Positions 9,286 to 17,453 of a DNA stretch of 17,585 nt are shown here, one piece after another. The stretch comes from Octopus sinensis. Its lineage: Eukaryota. The notes below the pieces were generated by a model. It saw only the letters and a list, made by a program, of their open reading frames with translations. It did not search any database and was not told the DNA's origin. The position numbers were made by a program, and so were the translations under genes. The number at the start of each line of letters is the position of its first letter. Position 1 is the stretch's first letter. The stretch is from assembly GCF_006345805.1 (NCBI RefSeq), contig NW_021824714.1:1-17585 (forward strand). Direction: 5' to 3'.

Positions 9286-9873
9286 ACCTGAAGCATGCAT
9301 ATTAAATACTTCCAAAATATCACTATCTGTGTTGACTTCATTATTACAACTTAAATGACTCAATTCCAGTACAGACCAACTGGTCCAGACTCCACTTATA
9401 CTCTAACAACAAATGGGAGTACTTTGTTACGTTTGATTCTTTGTAAATTCTTGTATCACGCGTTACTTTTTATTGTAATATGAAGTATATCATGTATACA
9501 TAGTTATATGTATAGTTATATTTGAGTAGAAACCTTGTAGAATAGTGTGTAAAGATCACCCTCATTTATTGACTACCTGATGTCATAATACAGTAAATAT
9601 TCACATGCTGATGGATTTACATCAGGGATTTCGTAGTGTCCATATTAGTTTATAAAAGAATCTAGTAAATTATATATTACTGTCTCTTCTTTTGTGTTTT
9701 ATATGTGTGTGTGTGTACACACACACACACACACATATAAAACACAAAAGAAGAGATAGTAAAATGCTTTTCTTGAGCACTGTGTAGCACTTGGCTAAAT
9801 AGATCAAGTGTTAACCATTGTGAAGTATACAGTCACAAAGGAGAATGGCAAATTATATATTTGTTTGAAGAAA

Positions 9874-10389
9874 GGCAATGACCAAAACCTTGGCATCGTG
9901 TTGTGCTTGAGAAGAAGACCCATCAAGCTAAGTAAAATCAGTTGGGGCAGATACCAGTGTCACGCAAATGGCACCCATGTTGGTGGCACATAAAGGCACC
10001 TCTCAAGCGTTAGGCCTCACTGAGGCAAGGACTGAGATCATTTGGTATTATGTTGAGCTTTGAGCCTCACGGGGGCACTGACCGAGTCCATCTGGCATTA
10101 TGCCGTGCTTGAGAAGAAGACCCAATGAAGCCAAGTAAAGCTGCAGTCATGGTAGATACTGGTGTCACATAAATGGCACCTGTGCCAGTGACACAGATGC
10201 CATTTGCGTGACCCCATTAAAAAGCACTCATTACACTTTCAGAGTGGTTGGCATTAATAAGGGCATCCAGCCATAGAAACTTGCCTAAACAGACTGGAGT
10301 CTGGGGCAGCCTTCCAGCTTGCCAGCCTTGGTCAATCCGTCCAACCCATGCCAGCATGGACAACAGGCATTAAATGATGATGATGATGA
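9874..10389 (+). mobile_element. 5'-truncated RTE-clade element 3' end with tandem internal repeats and a (GAT)n tail
   Basis: gtggttggcattaataagggcatccagccatagaaac...aacccatgccagcatggacaacaggcattaaa(tga)n is an RTE/Expander-type 3' end. Repeated gtgcttgagaagaagaccc units at 9903 and 10105. Confidence 0.8.
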
Positions 10390-10675
10390 AGTAAAAATAT
10401 AATTCTCCTTTGTATTTTACACACACACACACACACACACGCTCACTTTCTCTTCCTTTACTCATTGCCTGCCACTATGCTTAATATTTGCACTTATGTT
10501 AACTCTATCTCTCTTTTATTCTCTCTTACCTTCTCTGTTTGATGTAAAGTACAATAGGGGAAACCAACCAACCAGCATTTATATCAACTATTATTATTAA
10601 CTATATTATTAATTATATCAACACATACACTTTTATTCTTTTATAAATCTTATGAACCTATAACAAACTATCAGT

Positions 10676-10995
10676 AGGTGCAGGTTCAGTTCTGCTATGT
10701 GTCACCTTTGGCAAGTGTCTTCTACTAGAGCCATGGGCCAACCATTAGCTTGTAAGTGAATGGAAATTGAAAGAAACTTGTGTTTGTGTGTGTGGTTATA
10801 TTTTTCTACTCATTCATTACCGGCCAACCAGTCTTGCTTTATTTATATCCCTGCATCTTAACAGTTCAGCAAAAGAGACCAATAGAGTAGGTACCAGACT
10901 TAAAATAAAGGACTGGGGTTGATTTGTTCAACTAAACCCTTCAAAGCAGTGCTACAGCATGGCTGAAGTCCAGTGTCTGAAACAAGTAAAAGATA
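10676..10995 (+). mobile_element. Old SINE family A copy with a deletion in the head
   Basis: ggtgcaggttcagt (A-box region lost), ggcaagtgtcttctact, cagttcagcaaaagagacc, gtgctacagcatggc...ctgaaacaagtaaaagata. Confidence 0.85.
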
Positions 10996-11066
10996 TATAT
11001 CAAATTTTGTAAACATAAATTATAACTTATAAAAAAATATATCCATAACAACACTTACCAAATTAT

Positions 11067-11240
11067 TCAGGCCTAGTTGTGTGGTTAAGAAGTTAGCTTC
11101 CTAATCTTGTGGTTTCAGGTTCAATTCCATTGCATGCAACTTGTGCAAGTGTCTTTTTCTCTAGCTTTGGACTGACAAAAGCCTTGTGAATGGATTTGAT
11201 AGATGTAAACTGAAAGAAGTCTGTTGTGTCTGTGTGTGTG
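11067..11240 (+). mobile_element. SINE family A, 5' half only, ending in (TG)n
   Basis: tgtgtggttaagaag...ggttcaattcc...gcaagtgtc...aaagccttgtgaatggatttg...aactgaaagaagtc then (TG)n. Confidence 0.85.
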
Positions 11241-11470
11241 TATTCTAGGATCTCAGGCATCCTCCATCTGATTGCACTCAAATTTGATATATAGATACCG
11301 ACGGTATCAGGGCATGTATAAGTCTTGAAAAAATTAGAAAAATCGATTCTAGGTGAGAATGCAATCAATAAAGCTGTGGGAACGTGCATTTGCAAAATTG
11401 TTTTTCTTGGAATAGAAAAAAAGTCTATCTTTATTTCTTCTTTTGCTGGTGTCTCAAATTTAGGTTAAAT

Positions 11471-11635
11471 CAGTGTTTCTCAAAGGGGAGGCCTATGGAA
11501 CAGACAAGTTGTTTTAAGAAAATTTGGTTTAAATGTTTGACAACTCAACACTGTCCATTGGACGGGGGGGTGGGGGCTCATATATATATCAAGAACTCTC
11601 CCAATGTTAGATAATGTATGAAGGTTTGGAAATTT
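11471..11635. mobile_element. Possible degenerate hAT-type MITE
   Basis: Starts cagtgtttctcaaagggg, similar to the hAT end at 17454. The right end (aaggtttggaaa) is poor and no TSD was confirmed. Confidence 0.35.
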
Positions 11636-11640
11636 CTAGC

Positions 11641-11882
11641 CGAACAACCACAGAAATGATTTTTATATAGTGAGCAAATCTTTGTGTACACATAAACTCA
11701 CTCTCTCCATCTGATCGACATTACCTATACAGGTGCGCTATGTGCCACATGTCAGATGACAAAATGGTCACAGAGCAACGTGAAGTGAAGTGCTTTGCTC
11801 AAGAACACTAACGCAATACTTAGTCTAGGAATTGAACCCACAATCTTGCTGGCATGAGTGCCTCTAGGCCACGTGCCTTCAC
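11641..11882 (-). mobile_element. tRNA-head SINE with the C-type core and a distinct 3' region (family F)
   Basis: The minus strand reads gtgaaggcacgtggcctag...gggttcaattcct...gtgttcttgagcaaagcacttcacttcacgttgctc. The core matches 14782-14850 and 16522-16560, but the sequence downstream differs. Confidence 0.7.
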
Positions 11883-11911
11883 AATATATAAGTATGTATA
11901 TATGTTTGTAT

Positions 11912-12053
11912 GTGTGGTCATGCGGAAATATTACTTTCTTGGAAACAAGTCAGGGTTGGCAACTGGAAGAGCATCCAACCACAGAAAATCTGCCTTAATG
12001 AATTCTGTCTGGCTAAAGCCAGCTTGGAAAAGCAGACCTTAAAATGGTGATGA
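11912..12053 (+). mobile_element. Short element or fragment with an RTE-type 3' tail
   Basis: gggttggcaactggaagagcatccaaccacagaaaa...gccagcttggaaaagcagaccttaaaatggtgatga parallels 10244-10389. Confidence 0.7.
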
Positions 12054-12085
12054 GGAATAAACAAACTTGAATTTTATTTTAGTTT

Positions 12086-12089
<4 letters not shown>

Positions 12090-12127
<38 letters not shown>
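12090..12127. repeat. (TA)n microsatellite
   Basis: Seen directly. Confidence 0.95.
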
Positions 12128-12130
<3 letters not shown>

Positions 12131-12567
12131 GATACACACACTTGCATATATACATGAGCACATGCACCTACACACACTCGTACACACATATACATTTCAG
12201 ATTTTAGTTTCTACCTAATCTGAGTGAATTTGATATTGTACTTCTTGTTAGAAATTGCATGTGGATGTATTTAGTTTTCCTTCATATTCTTCTTGAGGAT
12301 AAATAATTAGAACTTTAAATCTTCAAACTTAACACAGGAAGAAAGAATGCCTTGAACTCCCCTACTTTCTCTCTCTATCTTCTAACTTCTTCATGTTTCC
12401 GTATTTGCAATTTCTGTAATCTTATTAATTGCATTATAATCTGACTTGTAAATAACATTAACGTGAATAGTAGTTGTCATGATGATAATGATAGTAATAA
12501 TAATAATAAAAATGATAATAACGTTTGATTTATTAATTACTAAGATTTGACAAAAACATTAAGGACA

Positions 12568-12947
12568 CTTTTACTTGTTTCAGTTATTTGACTGTGGCCA
12601 TGCTGGAGCACCACCTTTAGTCGAGCAAATCCACCCCAGGACTTAGTCTTTGAAAGCCTAGTACTTATTCTATCGGTCTCTTCCGCTAAACCGCTAAGTT
12701 ACAGGGACATAAACACACCAGCATCAGTTGTCAAGTGATGTTGGGGGGACAGACACACACACACACATATATATACATATATACAACAGGCTTCTTTCAG
12801 TTTCCAACTACCAAATCCACTCACAAGGTGTTGGTCAGCCCGAGGCTATAGTAGAAGACACTTGCCCAAGGTGCCATGCAGTGGGACTGAACCCGGAACC
12901 ATGTGGTTGGTAAGCAAGTTACTTACCACACAGCCACTCCTATGCCT
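12568..12947 (-). mobile_element. Full-length SINE family A
   Basis: Close reverse complement of 2152-2531 and 13753-14149. Confidence 0.95.
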
Positions 12948-12992
12948 ATACAATAATGATACCAGTAATGCTAAATGAAATAATAATAATAA

Positions 12993-13209
12993 TCCTTTCT
13001 ACTATAGGTACAAGGTCTGAAATTTTTGGTGAGAGGACAAGTCGGTTATCTCGACACCAGTTTGTAACTGGTACTTATTTCATTGATCCCAAAAGGAATG
13101 AAATGCACTCTCAACCTCTGCGGAATTTGAACTTCATACGTAAAGATAGTCAAAATGCCACTTGGCATTTTGCTCAATGTGCACATGATTCTGCCAGCTC
13201 ACCACCTTA
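12993..13209 (-). mobile_element. SINE family E, full length
   Basis: The minus strand begins taaggtggtgagctggcagaatc, has B-box-like agttcaaattcc and a central aataagtaccag...ctgg.gtcga block, and is flanked by (AAT)n on both sides. Confidence 0.85.
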
Positions 13210-13226
13210 ATAATAATAATAATAAT

Positions 13227-13300
13227 TTCAAATTTTGCCACAAGGACAGTCATTTTGGTAGAGAGGATGAGTCGATTATATTGAACCCAGTCTGCAACTG
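13227..13300 (-). mobile_element. SINE family E, 3' fragment
   Basis: ttcaaattttgccacaagg.cag.cattttgg...agtcgatta.attga.cccag matches 13407-13480 and 14941-15005. Confidence 0.75.
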
Positions 13301-13406
13301 TTACGTCATCCTTTTGGATGAAAGTTACATAACAACACAGTTTCTTTTACATATTGGTGACAAGAATGTCAATATTGATGATAATAATGATGATGATGAT
13401 GATGAT

Positions 13407-13612
13407 TTCAAATTTTTGGCACAAGGCCAGCAAGTTTGGGGGAGGGATAAGTTGATTACATTGACTCCAGTACTCAACTGATGGTACTTATTTTATTGAT
13501 CTTGAATGGCTGAAAGACAAAAGCAACCTCAGCAGATGTTGAACTCAGAACATAATGGCAGACAAAATGCCGCAATACATTTTGTTGGGCGTGCTAATGA
13601 TTCTGCCAGCTG
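13407..13612 (-). mobile_element. SINE family E
   Basis: Colinear with 14938-15148; preceded by (AAT)/(GAT)n. Confidence 0.85.
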
Positions 13613-13616
13613 ACTG

Positions 13617-13691
13617 TTCTTTCCACCATAGGTACAAAGCCTGAAATTTTCAGGTAGAAGTTTCTCAATTATATCAACCCTGTACTCAAGT

Positions 13692-13695
<4 letters not shown>
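13617..13695 (-). mobile_element. SINE family E, 3' part of a copy split by a family A insertion
   Basis: ttctttccaccataggtacaaagcctgaaatttt parallels 12993-13025; the match ends at agtggta and resumes at 14178. Confidence 0.75.

Positions 13696-13752
<57 letters not shown>
13694..13752. repeat. (TA)n microsatellite
   Basis: Seen directly. Confidence 0.95.
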
Positions 13753-14149
13753 GAGTGGCTGTTTGGTAAGTAGCTTGCTTATGAACCACATGGTTCCAGA
13801 TTCAGTCCCACTGCGTGGCATCTTGGGCAAGTGTCTTCTACTATAGCCTCGGGCCGACCAAAGCCTTGTGAGTGGATTTGGTAGACGGAAACTGAAAGAA
13901 ACCTGTCGTATATATGCATACATCTATATGTGTGTGTGTGTCTGTGTTTGTCTCCCCAACATCGCTTGACAACCGATGCTGGTGTGTTTACATCACCGTA
14001 ACTTCGCAGTTCAACAGAAGACACCGATAGAATAAGTACTAGGCTTAGAAAGAATAAATCCTGGGGTCGATTTGCTCGACTAAAGCTGGTGCTCCAGCTT
14101 GGCCACAGTCAAATGACTGAAACAAGTAAGAGTAAAAAAAAAAAGAGTA
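13753..14149 (+). mobile_element. Full-length SINE family A nested in a family E copy
   Basis: Colinear with 2152-2531; (TA)n on both flanks. Confidence 0.95.
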
Positions 14150-14177
14150 TATATGTATGTATATATATATATATATA

Positions 14178-14308
14178 TTTATTATTGACCCTGAAAGGAC
14201 AAAAGGCAAAATTAGTGTCTGTGGAGTTTGAACTCAGAACATAGCAAGCCAGAGGAAATGCCACTAAGCATTTTGCTCAGTGTGCTAACGACTCTGCCAA
14301 TTTGCCAT
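14178..14308 (-). mobile_element. SINE family E, 5' part of the split copy
   Basis: attgaccctgaaaggacaaaaggcaaa...tttgaactcagaac...gcattttgctcagtgtgctaacgactctgcca. Confidence 0.8.
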
Positions 14309-14383
14309 CCTAGCAATAATACTAATACTATTACTACTGCTACTATTTACAATAATAATAATAATTATTATTATTATTATTAT

Positions 14384-14670
14384 TTATGCGCCCTTTTCAA
14401 GCCTAGCCAGGCTCATGGGCGGTTTCCCGGTTTCTATGGCGTATGTGTTCCCCGCAGTCCATCGCAGCATTACTCAAGAAACAGGAAGAAAGAGTGAGAG
14501 AAAGTTGGGGCAAAAGAGTACAACTGGTGTCGCCACCACCCCCTGCTGGAGCCTTGCGAAACTTTAGGTGTTTTCGCTCAATAAACACACACAATGCCCG
14601 GTCTGGGAATCGAAACCACAGTCCTCTGACCGTGAGTCCGCTGCCCTAACCACTGGGCCATTGCGTCTCC
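14384..14670 (-). mobile_element. Full-length tRNA-derived SINE family B with an (AAT)n tail
   Basis: The minus strand reads ggagacgcaaTGGCCCAGTGGttagggcagcggac...GGTTTCGATTCCcagaccggg (A and B boxes), with the tail at about 14363-14385. Confidence 0.88.
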
Positions 14671-14676
14671 ACAAAA

Positions 14677-14926
14677 AATGTTCCTTCCCGAGCCATGCCA
14701 GGCTCATAAGGGCCGGTTTCCCAGTTTCAGTGGCATAGAAATTCCCCACCTGGATGAGACGCTGGTCCATCGCAGGATTACTCATTTTTGCCAGCTGAGT
14801 GGACTGGAACAATGTGAAAATGAAGTGTTTTGCTCAAGAACACAACACATTGCCCGGTCCAGGAATCGAAACTACAACCTTACGATCATGAGTTCAACAC
14901 CCTATCCACTAACCCACACACCTCCA
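14677..14926 (-). mobile_element. Full-length tRNA-derived SINE family C (C core plus B-type tail)
   Basis: The minus strand reads ggaggtgtgtgggttagtggataggg...gtttcgattcctggaccggg, then the core gttgtgttcttgagcaaaacactt, then a tail shared with family B. Confidence 0.88.
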
Positions 14927-14937
14927 CTAATAATAAT

Positions 14938-15148
14938 GGTTTCAAATTGTGGCACATGGCCAGCAATTTCAGAGGTGGGGTTTTAGCCAATTACATTGAC
15001 CCCAGTGTGCCACTGGTACTTAATTTATCAAGTCTGAAAGGATGTAAGGCAAAGTCGACCTTGGTGAAATTTGAACTCAATGTAAAGACGAAATGTCACT
15101 AAGTATTTTGCCAGACATACTAACAATTCAGCCAGCTCGTTGCCTTCA
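14938..15148 (-). mobile_element. SINE family E
   Basis: The minus strand reads gaaggcaacgagctggctgaattgttag...gagttcaaatttcaccaaggtcgactttgccttacatcctttc...ttaagtaccag...ctggggtca; (AAT)n nearby on both sides. Confidence 0.85.
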
Positions 15149-15769
15149 CAAAATTATAATAATAATTTATTATTAATGATAATAATAGCAATTTTTAATG
15201 AAATTACTCCTTTCTCACCTTTCTTTTTATCTTTCATTGTTGTTCTCTCTTGCCCCCCCCCCCTATTTTTTCATCTTACTTTGAGTGACAGTATTAAATA
15301 CCAGTTGGGAAGGAAGAATGTGATCTGAGCTCAATATCCTGCTCCAGTAACATATGTCTCCCCTCCTTATATACACAGAGACATCCCACCTGCCCGACCC
15401 CTCCACCACTCCATGGCAAAGTGTAAATTATATCAGAGATTTTATACATATTTTGCTTTTAATTTTTTTTCTTTTTAATAGTTTTTTTTTTTTTTTTTTT
15501 CCGAATTTCTTAACCTTTTTCTACTTTCCCCCTTTTCCATCTTGGCTATTACATTCTCGCACTCCCGCTATGGTATCGTGAGCTGTTTAAATACTCCCAT
15601 GCTGGGATCCATCTCGTTTATAAAATAATAAAATGAGCCAAATAAACGGAATAAATGTAAAATGACTAATTACAATATCAGCTTCAACTACAACAACAAA
15701 AGCAAAAATAAAGAAAACAAAATGACACTGATGAAGGTTCTAGATCATATTATAGTGAGGGTTTAGTAT

Positions 15770-15912
15770 TTATCATTGTTGTTAGTATTAGTGTTATTAT
15801 TACCATTATTATTGTTATTATTACTATTATTATTATTGTTATTATTACTGTCATTATTCGCACTAATATAAATAATAATAATGAAATTATTATTATTAGT
15901 GTTCGCATTATT
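15770..15912. repeat. Compound (TTA)/(TTG)/(AAT) trinucleotide tract
   Basis: Seen directly; it produces the poly-Asn false ORF. Confidence 0.9.
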
Positions 15913-16457
15913 ATCAGATAACTTAGAAATAGGAAAAGGGATGGAAAATATATTTTTTTGTTTGTTTTTTTCTTTTGTTAACCATTTCACTACAATTTCC
16001 ACTCTATTGAAAGTTCTAGCAGTTTTTTTTTTTTTTGTTTTTTTGGGTTTTTTTTTCTTTCTTCACAAATATAACTGCGCAACTAACTTGCATCATGTGA
16101 AAAAAAAAATCTGCCTCCTCACAGTCTATGCAACTTCCTTTCTACTAGAATAAATACTATGAATGTCGTTTCGTGTATTTAGCAAAGGAATGTGCAGAGA
16201 AAATGGTATTTGCTCCAGGATGGAATTTCATCGCTTGTTTCAAACATTGGATTTAAAAACAAGCAAACAAACAAATAAGTATATAAATAATGAAATAAAC
16301 ATAAATTAGGTTGCTGGAATTATTTTCATCAAGTTAATTTTTGATATGCTATTAAGGTTAGCTTTTTTTTTTGGTATTTTTGATTTTTTTTTTTGTTATC
16401 TTCAGATTCTCTTCAACTAAAATACATTGGAATTGTTTTGTAGCTTTCTGTGTGTGT

Positions 16458-17146
16458 GAGTGTGTATGAACAGGGGTATTCAGCTCCAGATCATAAAGTC
16501 GTGAGTTCGATTCCTGGTGGCGTGTTGTGTTCTTAAGCAAGACACTTTATTTCACAACGCTCCAGTCCACTCAGCTGGCAATAATATGTAGTACCTGTAT
16601 TTCAAAAGTATGTGGTACCTGTATTTCAAAAATGTGTGGTACCTGTATTTCAAAAATATTTAGTACCTGTATTTCAAAAATATGTGGTACCTGTATTTCA
16701 AAAATATGTGGCACCTCTATTTCAAAAATGTGGTACCTCTATTTCAAAAATGTGTGGTACCTGTATTTCAAAAATGTGTGGTACCTGTATTTCAAAAATA
16801 TGTGGTACCTGTATTTCAAAAGTATGTGGTACCTGTATTTCAAAAATATTTAGTACCTGTTTTTCAAAAATATGTGGTACCTGTATTTCAAAAATGTGTG
16901 GTACCTGTATTTCAAAATTATGTAGTACCTGTATTTCAAAAGTATGTGGTATCTGTATTTCAAAAATATGTGGTACTTGTACTTCAGCCTTGTCATATTC
17001 TGTGTCATGCTAAATCTCCCTGCAAACTACATTAAGGGTAGATGTGTCTGTGGAGTGCTCAGCCACTTGTACATTATTTTCATGAGCAGGCTGTTCCATT
17101 GATCAGGTCAACTGAAACTCCCATCGTCATAACTGACTGAGTGCCA
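16458..17146 (+). mobile_element. tRNA-head SINE family D (C-type core, distinct tail) interrupted by an internal minisatellite
   Basis: B-box gagttcgattcc at about 16503-16514, then the core gtgttgtgttcttaagcaagacacttt...ctccagtccactcagctggcaa matching family C. Non-repetitive tail sequence resumes at 16987 (gccttgtca...). The 3' limit is inferred. Confidence 0.75.
16585..16986. repeat. 24-bp minisatellite, 16 complete units plus a partial 17th (consensus tatgtggtacctgtatttcaaaaa)
   Basis: Units parsed directly. Unit 7 (16729-16750) is 22 bp. There are no spacers. Confidence 0.98.
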
Positions 17147-17164
17147 GTTGATGAACATATACAT

Positions 17165-17447
17165 ATTTTATCTTTTATCTTTCACTGGTTTGAGCCTGGG
17201 GCTGAGGCCATACTGGAGCGCTGTGCATTTGGGTTTCTTTCCTGTACTGTTTTCGGTGAAGTAGTACGTTGGATGGATTTGCTCTTCTTTGCGTCTCCTG
17301 CCATCATGTGGCTTCATCTTGTGTCTCAGATAAAAATTTGTTCAGACGCTCTTTGGTGACCTCCACAAATTTCCATTGTTGTTTAGCAGAATGTTGAATG
17401 GTTATGGACCCTTGAAATCCGAGCTGTTATAGTACTAGGTCCTTATT
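17165..17447 (-). mobile_element. Decayed 3' end of a CR1/L2-like LINE (ORF2 C-terminus plus 3' UTR)
   Basis: Minus-strand frames read IRT*YYNSSDFKGP*PFNIL, KFVEVTKERLNKFLSETQDEA and RRAN-PSNVLLH-like text, resembling the GP.LFN.LP...FK..LD.FL..IPDEP...SNSL terminus of CR1-type RTs. It ends in (ataaaag)2. Confidence 0.7.
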
Positions 17448-17453
17448 CTAGAT

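Noticed and set aside
8327-9363. Cluster of overlapping ORFs rich in C/V/Y/M or H/T/I/Y
   Set aside because: These are translations of dinucleotide and tetranucleotide repeats that lack stops by composition.
9290-9412. Minus-strand exon with WTSWS (thrombospondin-like)
   Set aside because: It lacks the TSP1 cysteine and arginine pattern, and the donor sites are weak.
14590-14670. Genuine tRNA gene
   Set aside because: It has A and B boxes but no convincing acceptor stem, and it continues into a SINE body repeated at 396-561. The same applies to the heads of families A, C, D, E and F.
15763-16002. Poly-Asn ORF
   Set aside because: It is a translation of an (AAT)n microsatellite.
16585-16986. 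CRISPR array
   Set aside because: Units are directly adjacent with no unique spacers, there are no cas genes, and the context is eukaryotic.
17141-17359. Hydrophobic 72-aa plus-strand ORF
   Set aside because: It is the antisense reading of the CR1-like LINE 3' end.
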